DNA of 64,000 nucleotides from Pachysolen tannophilus NRRL Y-2460 (lineage: Eukaryota), in the NCBI GenBank assembly GCA_001661245.1, contig KV454013.1, forward strand, positions 439,981-503,980, read 5' to 3'. Position 1 is the stretch's first letter; every line of letters starts with the position of its first letter. Below are positions 1 through 11,952 of this stretch, piece after piece. The notes below the pieces were generated by a model. It ran no database searches. It was not told the origin of the DNA and was given only the letters and a program-made list of their open reading frames with translations. Position numbers and translations under genes: made by a program.

Positions 1-16
1 AAATTTTTTTTTTTAA

Positions 17-52
<36 letters not shown>

Positions 53-183
53 TTAAAAAAAAAAAAAGAAACCAAATAATTACAAAATCAAAATGATGGA
101 AATTAGAAAATAAAAATTAGAAAATGGAAAATGGAAAATGGAAAAATTTATACAAAAAATTATTAAATTATCAATTAAACAAT

Positions 184-3100
184 TTAAAATGGATACGTAG
201 AGTATCTAACGAACTCTGGCGTTGTAGTTAATATTGTTTTTGGTGCTTTGATTCCTGTATCATTATTATCTTGATGATTAGGTTGGATTAAACTAGTGAT
301 AAACCCATTATTAACTGAATCCCTAATTACTGGAACATAATTACTTCCAATTGCTGGAGCAATTATTAGACTGGCAAAGAAGCAAATCATGAAAAAATAC
401 ATAAAACAATATCTGAGAACCCTTCTTCTTCGTCTTGATTGATTTGCCAATGATTGTATTCCACGACGATATTGTACTTTAGGACCAAGCCAAAATAACA
501 TCGATGAATGTAATTTATCAATATAAGGTATTAACACAAAAGGTGTCAAGACAAAAAATAAACAATGACCTAATACAAAATCTGCTGCAAATAAACTCAT
601 TTCTACAGTCTTTACAATAGCTTCTCTAAATGGTTGTGTAAGTCCTAAAGAACCAACCCCACTTTTAACCCAAGCTCCAGACCACCAAGCTCTACTTGCA
701 TAGTCTTCTTTTAATTCTCTTGTTAAGAAACATACTTTAACAATTTGGAAAATCACTCTTTGAAAAAAAATTGCACAAATAAAAGCCGACAACGATCTTC
801 TAAAATTCCAACCTTCCAACATCCATAGCACTTCAAACATAATTATATGAATTAAAACACCACATCCATGAGCAAAACCTGCCAAGATTTTTGGTGTCTT
901 AGAACAACAAAAATTTAAAATTGGTCCTGCAATACATGAGAAGGGAAATATAACCATCAATATAATCATGTTTAAGGCTATAGGTATTAATACCAAGAGA
1001 ATCATTCGAGCAACGGAATTGATTAAAACCGGATTCTGTACACCATTTTGTGCATTTATAAAAGTATAACCAATAAATGCACAAAAAGCTTGAATTAAAG
1101 GGAATATAACTTCAGTGAAAAAACTATTGGCAAATGAAGCCTTATGAACAAGTTCCAATTGTTTGTGCTCTTCTCCTAAAGCTCTTTTTTTCAAACCAGT
1201 GAATTTAGATCTTGAAGCTCTGGTAAACGTAATCCATGATAGATTATGATGCTTTGCATTCCCTCTAGATAACCATCTAATAAAGTTTCTGTAATCAAGA
1301 AAATAATCAAAAAATGAAAATTGATGAGGATTGAAGAAAAATGGAGACAAACACATCGAAGCCAGAGTTACCCAAAACCATAATAATGCCGGTTGCCACA
1401 TACTGGTAGTTGCAAATAATAAGACTAAAAACAACCTTGAACCAGAGTAAATGGATGTTCCAGCATACCTAGTATACAATTCAGTAAAACTAATACGTTT
1501 TGTGGCAAAACCACGTCCTGTTCCAATATAATGAGCTCCTCCAAATGTAAAATCACTTTTCAAAGAATTAGAGTAAATTTGACAAACAAAAACTTCAAAA
1601 ATTGGAGACCAACAAAGTAAATGCCTAAAAAATCTTGAAACAGCTTTATAAAGACCTCTTTCAGAAAGTTCTTGCACAAGCAATGGTGCAAAAGATATGA
1701 AAAAACAAATAAAAATGGAAAGGACAAAGCGCGTGACCCAATCAAGAACCGGCTGTAAATTGTAACATCCAATAGGTTTTTGAAGATCGGTAAAAGGAAT
1801 GTCTTTATTATACATACAAATAACGGATTCATGAGTCAACGAGCCCAAGTTTAGAAGAACCATCATGAACAATTGAACAGAGAGAATGATGAAAAGATTA
1901 TTGATATGGAAACCAGGATGTGCATAGTAAAAGGATAAAAATTTATCAAGAGGAAGTTGAGTGCCGAGATAAAAATATTCTCTAGATAACATTTGTTCAC
2001 CCATTCCACCTCCAATTTTCGAAGTGAAGTTAAGAATTGAACTAAAACCAAGATCACGGCCTTTACCACATTGGAAAAAATCAGAATGTTTAATACGACC
2101 ACCACGACAAACTGCATTCATTCCTGCATAAATATCTTCATTTAGATGAAGTCCCTTTTGTGCTTTTGAAATACCACCACGCGTGGTCATGAAAATGGCA
2201 TTTAAAAAATCTGGATGTCCATAATGAAGTTTACCTCCAATTTCAGCCAACGTACGAGCAAATAAAGTCCCAAAAGTTTGTTCTTTACCCGCCGCAACAT
2301 CACCCAAGACACCAATCATCTCTGAAAAAATGTGTTCACGAGCACCAACAATGGCCACAGGATCATCCTCAGTATAAAGGTAACCAGGCTGATACGGATC
2401 TACTAGAGCGGTGTTAAGTTCTTCAAATTCAGCCAAGACAGAACGAATTTTTAAACATTCTTCAATATACATGTCTTGATTTGCATCAATTACTTGAATA
2501 TATTCACCACGGTAAAAAATCAAAGCGTGATTTTGATTATCAGATTTACCATCACCTAAAATTGGATTTCCTGAAAGCTTAATCCTGTAAACTGTTTCTA
2601 AATTAGGTTTTATCTCTCCTAAAATGCTTACAGGTTCATTTTGCTTTACCGCTAAAAGACACGAATAATAAGTTGGATCCTCTCCTTCTTTTGAAGGAGG
2701 AACTTCTTCTAAAGTTGCAATCTTGAGATCTGGGAACTCTGTTAGTAATGTCTTAACAGACTCAAATTCAGCATCAGTAAATTTATTATAACGTTGCATC
2801 GAAACTAATAATTGAAATTTCTTATTAGCAATCCATGTTAACGTTGGGTCAGATAAGACATCACCAAATTCATAAACATCACAGTTCTCAACATAAATCA
2901 TTAATTTAATTGCTAACATATAATTCATAAAGCCAGATACAGTTCGATACAATGTTTGAGTTCTCAACGAAGCCCATTTTCTTGTTCTCAATATAAGATC
3001 AGTATTAGAATCTTTAAACCCAATACAATAATATGGGATATCTTCAACTCTTTCCTTTAGCTTTTTTGTTTCTCCTTCATTGAAAGCACTGAGTGGTGGA

Positions 3101-5847
3101 ACTTGAACTTTAGTGCCTTTTTCTTCCAAATCTGGAGTCAGACATTTCATCTTTGTCATTTCCTTTGTATCAAATACAAAATTACTCCATTCATTTTTAT
3201 GAAGTTCTTTTAAATATTCCAATAATGATATCTTGGAATCACCATCCTCTTTAATAACGTCTTTTAAAGATAATAAAATTTTTTCTGAATAATGTGGAAT
3301 CAAAACAGTAAAAGTTGGCATTGATTCAGCTGGTAATGGATCCGGTAAAGGAGTAGAAATCGAATGAGCAAAAAATGTAATTCTCCTTTCAGCTTCAGAA
3401 CCAGGTAAAAAATAACGACTTATTGTTTGTGAACTATCATCTTGATTAAGGAAAAAAGTTGGTTCGGTGACAACAACATCATATTGTCCACTATCATCAC
3501 TTAATTTATAAAGTAAATTGTAAGCATGATCTCTTGATAAAAGATGTTCTTGATACATATTAAGAACTATACCATTCCAAAGTTTTGAAACAGAAAATTC
3601 AAGCATAGATGCAGCAGTATCATTTTCCATCTTAGAAATCATCTTAGTTTTAATTCTTTGAGGTAATCTTGTGAAAACATTCCTCCAAGGTGAAAGTATA
3701 GAAATTCCAAGTGTAAATGATAATCCAACAGAAAAAATACAATTGCAAATGATATACCACAAATAAGTATCTAAAAAGAATAAAATCAAATCTGTTAAGT
3801 AAATCAATACCAACGTGAATCTAGCCTGTTGTTTACAAAGGAAATTTCCAAAAAAAGCTTCACCTTTACAACGAGTCATAACCATGACTGATAAATCTCT
3901 AATAGGATCACGTAATGATAATGTCAAGAAAAAATAAGATTCAATGAATTTTGCTGCAAAAACTGATATCCATAAACTGTAAGAAAGTAATTTGCTTCTA
4001 CCACGTAAACGTGGGAAAGATGCAGTAAAAGTTTGTGATGAAATATATTTCCTTTTACCCTTTTCAAGATAAGATCCAAATAATCCACCTAAAGGTTTAA
4101 ATGAAAATATTAAAACCGTAATCATTGCAATGGCAAATTGAACAATTGAAACAATATATGCACTTTTTGAATAAACGTTAAAAGGAATATACCAAAAGAC
4201 GTAAACTGAGGGAGCAAAATTAATAATAAAAGCTAATAGACCAATAATCACTTTACCACGGCAATGTTCTCTTCCAGGCCATTGTTTAGGAACAAACATC
4301 ATTTCTGCAAAGACCGCAATAAGATATATCAGTGAAGCAATTGATCCAGCTAATGCTATTGCAGACCAACGAGCTTGAGGTGTTGGAGGATTATTCAATA
4401 ATTGAATATAATTTGGAGTATAAATTGTTGGTGAATTAAAACATGTATAGATCCAAAAAACTGAAAGATGAATAATCCAAATTCTGCTAAAATTAGTTGC
4501 AAGATGAAACCAAGAACGATATTCATAATAAGTCTTATAAAATACTTTTTTCCATTTAACATCACCTAATTGTAAAAAACGTTGATCTTTTGGAATATCA
4601 ATAAATTTTATACCATTAATTGTAATTATTCTTTTTATACCTTCAGGGTACCAAAAAAGTTGATTAACATCATCATAACCAATTATTTTACTATGATCCC
4701 TTTCAAGTCTATAATATTTACCATTTTTTTTTTCAAATTGTTGATCTCTAATATAATTATAAAGTGGAGTAATAACACGATCAAGATAATCATTTTCTTG
4801 TAATGGTGCTTGTTTTGAAATCTCTTCAATTGGAACAGAAAAGATATAATCACTTGCACATTTATAAATAAAGCAAAGACATTCAGGAACAAAACGTATT
4901 TGATTTGCTTCTCCCCATATTAATAAATATAAAGCAATTTGATAAACCAATTCAGTACGAGTAAAAGTACTCATTTTTTTTTTCCATTTAAATTCTGCTG
5001 CATATAAAGAATTTATATTATCTAATTCTTCTAATGAATATTTTAAAGGTCCATCTTTTGCTTGTCTTGATTTTTTTTTATTAATTTTTTTAAATTTAAT
5101 ATTTGATTTTTTAACATTTTTAAAACCAACTTCATCATCCAAATCCAATTGTGCAGCAAAATACCATTTTCTATAATTTGAATGTTCACCACCAATATAA
5201 TCTGAATGTAATGAAAGTAAAGAATCAGAAGCACTCATTCTACTTGCTCTTGATTCTAATTGAACCATAAAATGTTCATACATATTTTTCAGAGAATCAA
5301 GTTGAAAACCTAATCTTTTCTGTAAAATATGGAAAATATCCCAAATATCATCTTTAGATAATTGAATTGAATCATCTGTTGATAATGAAATATATTTATC
5401 ATCTGTTGGATAAGGTTTTTTTTCATATTTTTCAGATACAAAAGGTGCATAGTTATCCGGTATCATATTAGGATAAGAATCTGTTGGGAAAGGACTAAAA
5501 CCTGTATAATTATAATTACCATAGTTATAGTTATAATTATTATAATTATCATAGTTATTATAATTATAATTATAATTATCAGCTTGTTGAGGATAAAATT
5601 GTTGATAAAAACTTTCTGGTGCAACTTCATCATATAAATTTCCCTGAGCAGATTGATGACGAGAATTATAATGACCAGTGCCATCCCCTGGAGCATGCAG
5701 ATGCGGATTCCCTTCGTCGTAACCGCTGTAAAATTGTCCTCCATTAACATTTGCATTGGCGGTATTATTCCCCCCATCTAACCCCCTTATATACGTGGTA
5801 TATGTTTCAAAAAAAGAAGCTGAATCACCACCCGCGCTATCATTCAT
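184..5847 (-). CDS. FKS3: 1,3-beta-glucan synthase catalytic subunit, FKS3-type (sporulation) paralogue
   Basis: 1887-aa ORF with FKS motifs YRKWYFAAQ, LLIWGEANQIRF, FLTLSLRDP, NPILGDGKSDNQNH, LHYGHPDF, LHLNEDIYAG. The hot-spot-2 region (DWVTRFVLSIFICFFISFAPLL) resembles Fks3 more than Fks1 (DWVRRYTL). Confidence 0.85.
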   Translation of the reverse strand: MNDSAGGDSASFFETYTTYIRGLDGGNNTANANVNGGQFYSGYDEGNPHLHAPGDGTGHYNSRHQSAQGNLYDEVAPESFYQQFYPQQADNYNYNYNNYDNYNNYNYNYGNYNYTGFSPFPTDSYPNMIPDNYAPFVSEKYEKKPYPTDDKYISLSTDDSIQLSKDDIWDIFHILQKRLGFQLDSLKNMYEHFMVQLESRASRMSASDSLLSLHSDYIGGEHSNYRKWYFAAQLDLDDEVGFKNVKKSNIKFKKINKKKSRQAKDGPLKYSLEELDNINSLYAAEFKWKKKMSTFTRTELVYQIALYLLIWGEANQIRFVPECLCFIYKCASDYIFSVPIEEISKQAPLQENDYLDRVITPLYNYIRDQQFEKKNGKYYRLERDHSKIIGYDDVNQLFWYPEGIKRIITINGIKFIDIPKDQRFLQLGDVKWKKVFYKTYYEYRSWFHLATNFSRIWIIHLSVFWIYTCFNSPTIYTPNYIQLLNNPPTPQARWSAIALAGSIASLIYLIAVFAEMMFVPKQWPGREHCRGKVIIGLLAFIINFAPSVYVFWYIPFNVYSKSAYIVSIVQFAIAMITVLIFSFKPLGGLFGSYLEKGKRKYISSQTFTASFPRLRGRSKLLSYSLWISVFAAKFIESYFFLTLSLRDPIRDLSVMVMTRCKGEAFFGNFLCKQQARFTLVLIYLTDLILFFLDTYLWYIICNCIFSVGLSFTLGISILSPWRNVFTRLPQRIKTKMISKMENDTAASMLEFSVSKLWNGIVLNMYQEHLLSRDHAYNLLYKLSDDSGQYDVVVTEPTFFLNQDDSSQTISRYFLPGSEAERRITFFAHSISTPLPDPLPAESMPTFTVLIPHYSEKILLSLKDVIKEDGDSKISLLEYLKELHKNEWSNFVFDTKEMTKMKCLTPDLEEKGTKVQVPPLSAFNEGETKKLKERVEDIPYYCIGFKDSNTDLILRTRKWASLRTQTLYRTVSGFMNYMLAIKLMIYVENCDVYEFGDVLSDPTLTWIANKKFQLLVSMQRYNKFTDAEFESVKTLLTEFPDLKIATLEEVPPSKEGEDPTYYSCLLAVKQNEPVSILGEIKPNLETVYRIKLSGNPILGDGKSDNQNHALIFYRGEYIQVIDANQDMYIEECLKIRSVLAEFEELNTALVDPYQPGYLYTEDDPVAIVGAREHIFSEMIGVLGDVAAGKEQTFGTLFARTLAEIGGKLHYGHPDFLNAIFMTTRGGISKAQKGLHLNEDIYAGMNAVCRGGRIKHSDFFQCGKGRDLGFSSILNFTSKIGGGMGEQMLSREYFYLGTQLPLDKFLSFYYAHPGFHINNLFIILSVQLFMMVLLNLGSLTHESVICMYNKDIPFTDLQKPIGCYNLQPVLDWVTRFVLSIFICFFISFAPLLVQELSERGLYKAVSRFFRHLLCWSPIFEVFVCQIYSNSLKSDFTFGGAHYIGTGRGFATKRISFTELYTRYAGTSIYSGSRLFLVLLFATTSMWQPALLWFWVTLASMCLSPFFFNPHQFSFFDYFLDYRNFIRWLSRGNAKHHNLSWITFTRASRSKFTGLKKRALGEEHKQLELVHKASFANSFFTEVIFPLIQAFCAFIGYTFINAQNGVQNPVLINSVARMILLVLIPIALNMIILMVIFPFSCIAGPILNFCCSKTPKILAGFAHGCGVLIHIIMFEVLWMLEGWNFRRSLSAFICAIFFQRVIFQIVKVCFLTRELKEDYASRAWWSGAWVKSGVGSLGLTQPFREAIVKTVEMSLFAADFVLGHCLFFVLTPFVLIPYIDKLHSSMLFWLGPKVQYRRGIQSLANQSRRRRRVLRYCFMYFFMICFFASLIIAPAIGSNYVPVIRDSVNNGFITSLIQPNHQDNNDTGIKAPKTILTTTPEFVRYSTYPF
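5505..5580 (-). repeat. Coding low-complexity Asn/Tyr repeat in the FKS N-terminus
   Basis: Degenerate TTATAA/TTA repeats encoding NYNYNYNNYDNYNNYNYNYGNYNY. Confidence 0.8.
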
Positions 5848-6698
5848 CTAATCAATTCACAAAAAATTAACCGCCATTGTTAGAAATCTGATTAAAAAAA
5901 AAAAATTAATTATAATTATAATTATAATTATAATAATAATTTACATTCCGTCATCTTCATACACGTTTTAATGTGTATTTTTTTTAATTCATCTTGGTAA
6001 TAATTACCGTTTATTTCTTCACCCTACCCTGAAGATCTATGAAACTAAAATACAATACAATATAAAAAAAAAAAGTAGATGCCTCCAATTAATTCACTAA
6101 GCGCCTTTTATAAAACTTTTTTTTAAAATGAAAAGAATATAAAAATCCCCCTCATACAAATAAGGAAAATTCAAAAATCAATTATTCATATTTAATCTTG
6201 TTTTAATGTTTAAAAACAAAATATCAACTTTTTAGTTGTTTTCTGTTTTGTGTTTGTGGTATTTAAAACTGTGAGATCAAAAAATTTCCTCAAATGGAAA
6301 TTGATTTTACAAACACGATTTTTTAAAGTTTTTTTCAAATTTTTTGAATTTTTTTTTTTCTTTTTTTTTCTCACCACAATTTTCAAAAGTTTTCATTATC
6401 ATAATTTTTACCGTTTTTGATCTAATGTAGAATTATTAAGGTACTTTCTTTCTTTTTAAGTCCTGTTTCGTTATCGGTACCAATAATTTTAAATCATTAA
6501 TATTAAAAAAAAAAAAAAAAAAATTTTTTTTTTTTTTTATAAGAAACTTTTATTTCATTAAAAGATATAGAAAAAGAGAAGGTTAAAAAATATATAGTTA
6601 AATAAATAGCTGTTTCAGATTGACAGACGGTACGAAAGAGTGTTTGAATAGTTGTTCCTGAGCTTGAAACTAATAGTAGAATAGTGGAAATAATCAAT

Positions 6699-8903
6699 AT
6701 GTCCTCGAAAAAAATTTTTCCAGGTGATAGTACCAATGGGTCCTCTGGACCTCCAGATTATGTTACTTTCAAGCCATGCCTGCATATTCAGCAAGTATTG
6801 GCATCGCAAGCCAGAGATACGGTTTTGAGAAATTATTCATTGGGGTTAAAAGTTTCATTGTTATCGTCAAATAAAGAAGTTAGTTATAAGAATTTAGAGA
6901 ATGGTACAATTGTTGATCATAAGAAAATTTTGAAATTGAGATCGAAGTTGTTGAAATGTAAGTCTTGTTCGAATAATTGCGGTTTATTATTTATGTGTTT
7001 GCAATGTTCGAATATTGGTTGTTTTAAAAGAAATCATGCTTTTAACCATGCTAAAAGCGCTGGACATGTTTTTGGTTAAGTTTTTTTTTTTTTTTTTTTT
7101 TCAAGCAAGAATCATCACTAACTGTTGCTGATGAACAGGTATCGAATCTAATAATGGCCATTTATACTGTTTTAGGTGTGGTGATTATGTTAGTGATCCG
7201 AAATTGGAGGAAGTTCGTATACTGCACATCAACAATTCAAATAATAATGGTAAGTAAAACTCAACACCGTTTTTTTTTNNNNNNNNNNNNNNNNNNNNNN
7301 NNNNNNNNNNNNNNNNNNNNNNNNNNNNNNNNNNNNNNNNNNNNNNNNNNNNNNNNNNNNNNNNNNNNNNNNNNNNNNNNNNNNNNNNNNNNNNNNNNNN
7401 NNNNNNNNNNNNNNNNNNNNNNNNNNNNNNNNNNNNNNNNNNNNNNNNNNNNNNNNNNNNNNNNNNNNNNNNNNNNNNNNNNNNNNNNNNNNNNNNNNNN
7501 NNNNNNNNNNNNNNNNNNNNNNNNNNNNNNNNNNNNNNNNNNNNNNNNNNNNNNNNNNNNNNNNNNNNNNNNNNNNNNNNNNNNNNNNNNNNNNNNNNNN
7601 NNNNNNNNNNNNNNNNNNNNNNNNNNNNNNNNNNNNNNNNNNNNNNNNNNNNNNNNTTTTTTTCTTTTTTTNTTTTTTTTTTTTTCTGTCTTCTTCTATA
7701 GGTGTTTCGACATGTGATACTGACAATGTTTTCTTACTTATAGTTCAAGGATTACAAGTATACCCAATTGAAACGGATAAAAAGAAAAAAGCATTGATTT
7801 TGTCTGATTCTCGTGCTCCAAGTTTAAGGGCATCGAGGGGATTACGTGGATTTGTTAATATGGGATCGACATGTTTCATGTCTGTTATCCTACAGACCTT
7901 AATTCATAACCCATTTATAAGAGACTATTATCTTTCAGGAAAGCATCTAGGTTGCGATAAAGAACCTCTTAGTTGTATTCCTTGTTGTATAGATGACATT
8001 TTTGCAGCATTTTATACCATGGATGAAAATAAAGGGTTTGGGCCAACTGCTTTATTGACCGCTGCATGGAAAGTTAAAAGATCATTAGCAGGATATACTG
8101 AACAAGATGCACATGAATTTTGGCAATTTTTATTAGATGAAATGCATAAGGCTGATATCTTATTATTGGAAAATAAAACTGAACAAAATAATCAAAAGAA
8201 AATTGAAAATGGTAATTCTGCAATTATTGATAAAAATGGGAAAAAAAATTCTCCACATGCTACTCCTTTAGATTGTCCTTGTATCACACATAGAACTTTT
8301 TCAGGGGAATTACAAAGTTCAATTACATGTTCTAAATGTAGAAAAGTTACAACTACAATTGATCCAATGTTAGATTTATCATTAGAAATTTTACAACAAA
8401 ATAGAAAAGTTGCAGGAAAATCATTACCACCCATAAGACAAATGAATCTCCTTGATTGTTTAAAAAGGTTTACAACACCGGAAAAGTTGGATGTATTATA
8501 CAACTGTAGCACTTGTGGTCACAAGACAATGGTTTATAAGCAGTTAAAAATTAAAAAATTACCACCAGTGCTAGGAATTCAATTAAAGAGGTTTGAACAT
8601 TTATCAACTTCAGCTAAGATTGAAACTCATGTTACATTCCCATTAATGTTGAATATGTACGATTATATTTTACATGATCATGATCATTTGGATAAAATTG
8701 AAACAGATTTAACATATGAGTTGTTTGCATTAGTTTGTCATATTGGATCAGTTAATACGGGTCACTATGTTTGTTTAGTGAAAAATAGAGACGGTAATTG
8801 GTTTAAATTTGACGATTCAAAAGTAACTTTAGTCTCAATTGATGAAGTCACAAGCACTAAAGCTTATTTGTTATATTATATTATACATGACTTATCTTCC
8901 TAA
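6699..8903 (+). CDS. UBP8: SAGA deubiquitinase Ubp8 (ZnF-UBP + USP domain); 3 exons
   Basis: join(6699..7074,7139..7249,7744..8903). Splicing gives CLQC..GC..H..GHVFGIESNNGHLYCFRC, then Cys box GFVNMGSTCFMS, QDAHEFW and His box HIGSVNTGHY. Intron 1 GTTAAG..CACTAAC..CAG; intron 2 GTAAGT..TACTGAC..TAG spans the N gap. Phases are consistent. Confidence 0.9.
7279..7656. other. Assembly gap (N run) inside UBP8 intron 2
   Basis: Run of n flanked by poly-T on both sides. Confidence 0.99.
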
Positions 8904-9135
8904 AGACAATTTCGATGAAAAACTCAGCATTTCAACTTTTATTTCAATTTCTTTTAGGAAAACATATTAAAGCATTTATTTTTATCATTTTCTACTTTTT
9001 TTTGTTGCATAGGACATTCTTTCTACACTCTTTCTACACGAGTGGTATATATATATATATATATATATTTTTAAGTTTTTTCATACATCTTATTATACTG
9101 CTTTTTTTTTATGTTTTTTTCTTCTTCTTTTCAGT

Positions 9136-9912
9136 TTAGTCAAAAAAATCATCATCATCATCATCATCATCATTTTCATTAGCACCTCCTCTAATAGATT
9201 TTTTTGCAAACTTTATTTTCGATCTGTTTTCTATATCTTCTTCATCTTCCTCCAGATTCATAATTAATCTTTTATCCTTTTCAACAACAGCACCCACATC
9301 TACTAGCACTTTTTCTAAATCGTTCAATGTGGTGGAATTTCCTCCTAATTCTGTTAATGTTATATATTGCTTAACAACATCACCTTTATGATATATTAAT
9401 ATGGTAGGACAATTTGAATCAGGGTAATTCTCTACAGCTCTATTAGCAGGTATTTCGACAAACTTTATCTCTGGGAATTTTGATGCCAATGATATCATTA
9501 GAGCTGAAAGTTTTCTAGATTGTAAATTACTCTGCAAAGTCATATGCAAGAAAACATAGTTTGATTTTGATGACTCGGCAACTTCTTTTGTATATTCAGG
9601 TTTTGATATTGGTAATACTGATCCGAACTTGGATTTAGAAGCCAATTCCCTTATTTGTTGCAATCTTTTTTGCTTATAGCTATTCAAAAAATCTTCATCC
9701 TCTTCATCTTCCAATGCATCTAGCTCATCTAATGTCTTGCCCTCTAGTCTGTTCTCATGTTGCTTCGCAACAGCTTCGGATAATGCTTCTTCTATTTCAT
9801 CTGTAGGATCTTTTGGCTTTTCTGGGATAATTCCATGAGACCTTAAAATATCATTCCATTCAGTATCCTCATTAGGATCAACTTCCACTTGGAATTTCGC
9901 ATTGGGATCCAT
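9136..9912 (-). CDS. PLP2: Phosducin-like protein 2 (CCT co-factor)
   Basis: PNEDTEWNDILRSHGIIP N-terminus, thioredoxin-like domain with ENYPDSNCPTILIY, acidic tail ending DDFFD. Confidence 0.92.
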   Translation of the reverse strand: MDPNAKFQVEVDPNEDTEWNDILRSHGIIPEKPKDPTDEIEEALSEAVAKQHENRLEGKTLDELDALEDEEDEDFLNSYKQKRLQQIRELASKSKFGSVLPISKPEYTKEVAESSKSNYVFLHMTLQSNLQSRKLSALMISLASKFPEIKFVEIPANRAVENYPDSNCPTILIYHKGDVVKQYITLTELGGNSTTLNDLEKVLVDVGAVVEKDKRLIMNLEEDEEDIENRSKIKFAKKSIRGGANENDDDDDDDDFFD

Positions 9913-10362
9913 ATTGTATTTCTTTGTTGAAAATTACAAAAAGAATCAAATGATTATTTAGGTGTATAAATTATATATGTCCGCTCCCGAATTTTGCCCA
10001 TTTATTTAAGTTCACCAAAAAATGCTTTTTTGCTTTTTTTAAATTTTTTTTATTAGTACTTTCTTGCTCTACAGAGCTTTAAGCTCCAATACAACCTCAA
10101 ATTCAAATTCGAATTCAAATATCTTGTTGAACATTGATTATCATACATAGGATCTTATTCTGTCTATATCAAAAATAATAATAGTAATAGTAATAGTAAA
10201 AAAAAAAAAAAAAAAAATAAAAATATAAAAAATATAAGGTAAAATAAGTTCTTTTTAAAATTCAATAATTAAAAGGTCTTTTATACGATTTCTTCAAATA
10301 CAAATCGTCAAGAATAAAATTAAAATGAAGTTGAGAGAGCAAGGGAAAGAGCAAAAAACACA

Positions 10363-11952
10363 TCATTCCCTATTATTACCAGTAAAACCTCCTCCTCTTC
10401 TACCTCTGCTTCCTCTAACAAAACCACCTCTTCCTCTTCCTCTCCCTCCTCTTGAACCGTTTTTGGAGTTATAATGAGTTCTACTTGTGGAGAGCGATTC
10501 TGCACCATCGTTCGTGAATGATTTTTTGCCATTTGACAGGCCTTCATCTTGCTCACCTTGTTTTTGATTTTGAGATGAAATTGATATCTTCTTCATGTCA
10601 GAGCTAAGATCTTTTCTGTAGTTGAAATTGAAACCTTTTGCATGACACTCCATATTGAATTCACCATTATTTAAATTTAACACTAATGAACCAAGAGATA
10701 AATCACATAAATTAAAATGCCAAGTATTCTGGAAAGAAAGGTAATATAAATCATTCAACTGCCTTATTATTGATGTTAACTCTTTCTTTGGTGACTCATC
10801 AGTTTCAAGGGAATCTTTATTAGCATTTTGTTGTTTTTCCGGCAAGGTAAGTTTGATGGATAAAATTTCTTCATGATTACTTGTAGATACTGGGATTTTA
10901 TCATATACATCCAAGGCCAATGAAATATATTTTATCAGATTGTTGCGTTCATTTAAATCTTCAATGTTTTCCAATAATTTTATAAATTTTTCCTGTAATT
11001 TAAACCAAATAACGGATAATTTTAAACGGGACTCATTAAATTTTAATTTAAAGTTTTCAAAATTTGGATTTATAGATAACTCATTATAAGAAGATGGGTA
11101 TTTGAAATGTAAACCATTTGAGACGGTAAAATCCATTTTGAAAAAAATCGAAAGATGTTGCAATAATGGTTCTCTTGTTGGTGATTGATGTGTTATGAAA
11201 AATTTAACAGACTCGTCAAATGAATCTCTTTCAGAGCTATAATATTTAGTAAAATTATCTATTAATTTTCCCAATTGTAACATTGTCACCCATATGTTCC
11301 CCGGATCTCCAGAAACAGGTATAAGATCAATTTTCGTAGGATCACCTGGTATCTCGTATGAAGTCCCATGATGAAACAATTTATGATAAGACAAAGATCC
11401 ACCTAACCCTGTTAATAATATATTTGTACCATCTTTTGTCTTTATTTTATAAAAATGGTCTTCATCAATTATGAACAAATTGGGTATAGAATAAATTCCA
11501 TATTTAAACTTATTCAAGACTATAGAATCCTCACACATTCCACTAACAGTATATACCGGATAATCCAATTTTCTTTCACCTTTAAGGAAATAAGGCAATT
11601 CAGAAATCAATTGATTTTCCAAAATTTTTTTCAAATTTGTCTCGTTATTAGAAAGATGTTCAACATTATCTCCACTAACTTTGGACAATTTTGAAATAGA
11701 AGTTATCAAATCACTGGATAAAAGAGGAGAAAACTCAACAATATGTCTAAGATAAGATTCATGAATTCTATCTATACTATTTTCATCGAAAAACCCAAAA
11801 TTCCCCGTATGTATTATAATATCCGAACCATATTGCTTGGCCAAATCGTTGAGTTTTGATAACTCACCTCTGATCTCTGCTATCAACAAAATCTTTAACC
11901 CATTCTTATCAATTAACCTCGGCAGCGAAACTATAGGATAACCCGAAGACAT
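10363..11952 (-). CDS. Uncharacterised fungal calcineurin-like metallophosphoesterase-fold protein (DUF2433-like) with C-terminal RGG box
   Basis: 529 aa; ILLIAEIRG, IIHTGNFGFFD, YTVSGMCED, FITHQSPTREPLL, GLHFKY resemble the five metallophosphoesterase motif positions; tail SRGGRGRGRGGFVRGSRGRRGGG. Confidence 0.65.
   Translation of the reverse strand: MSSGYPIVSLPRLIDKNGLKILLIAEIRGELSKLNDLAKQYGSDIIIHTGNFGFFDENSIDRIHESYLRHIVEFSPLLSSDLITSISKLSKVSGDNVEHLSNNETNLKKILENQLISELPYFLKGERKLDYPVYTVSGMCEDSIVLNKFKYGIYSIPNLFIIDEDHFYKIKTKDGTNILLTGLGGSLSYHKLFHHGTSYEIPGDPTKIDLIPVSGDPGNIWVTMLQLGKLIDNFTKYYSSERDSFDESVKFFITHQSPTREPLLQHLSIFFKMDFTVSNGLHFKYPSSYNELSINPNFENFKLKFNESRLKLSVIWFKLQEKFIKLLENIEDLNERNNLIKYISLALDVYDKIPVSTSNHEEILSIKLTLPEKQQNANKDSLETDESPKKELTSIIRQLNDLYYLSFQNTWHFNLCDLSLGSLVLNLNNGEFNMECHAKGFNFNYRKDLSSDMKKISISSQNQKQGEQDEGLSNGKKSFTNDGAESLSTSRTHYNSKNGSRGGRGRGRGGFVRGSRGRRGGGFTGNNRE

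Noticed and set aside
1700..1750. Divergent echinocandin hot-spot 2 (DWVTRFVL) as a resistance allele
   Set aside because: Hot-spot 1 (FLTLSLRDP) is wild-type-like and the divergence is what is expected for the FKS3 paralogue.
7154..7726. 187-aa and 165-aa ORFs in the track
   Set aside because: Artefacts of translating through the N gap.
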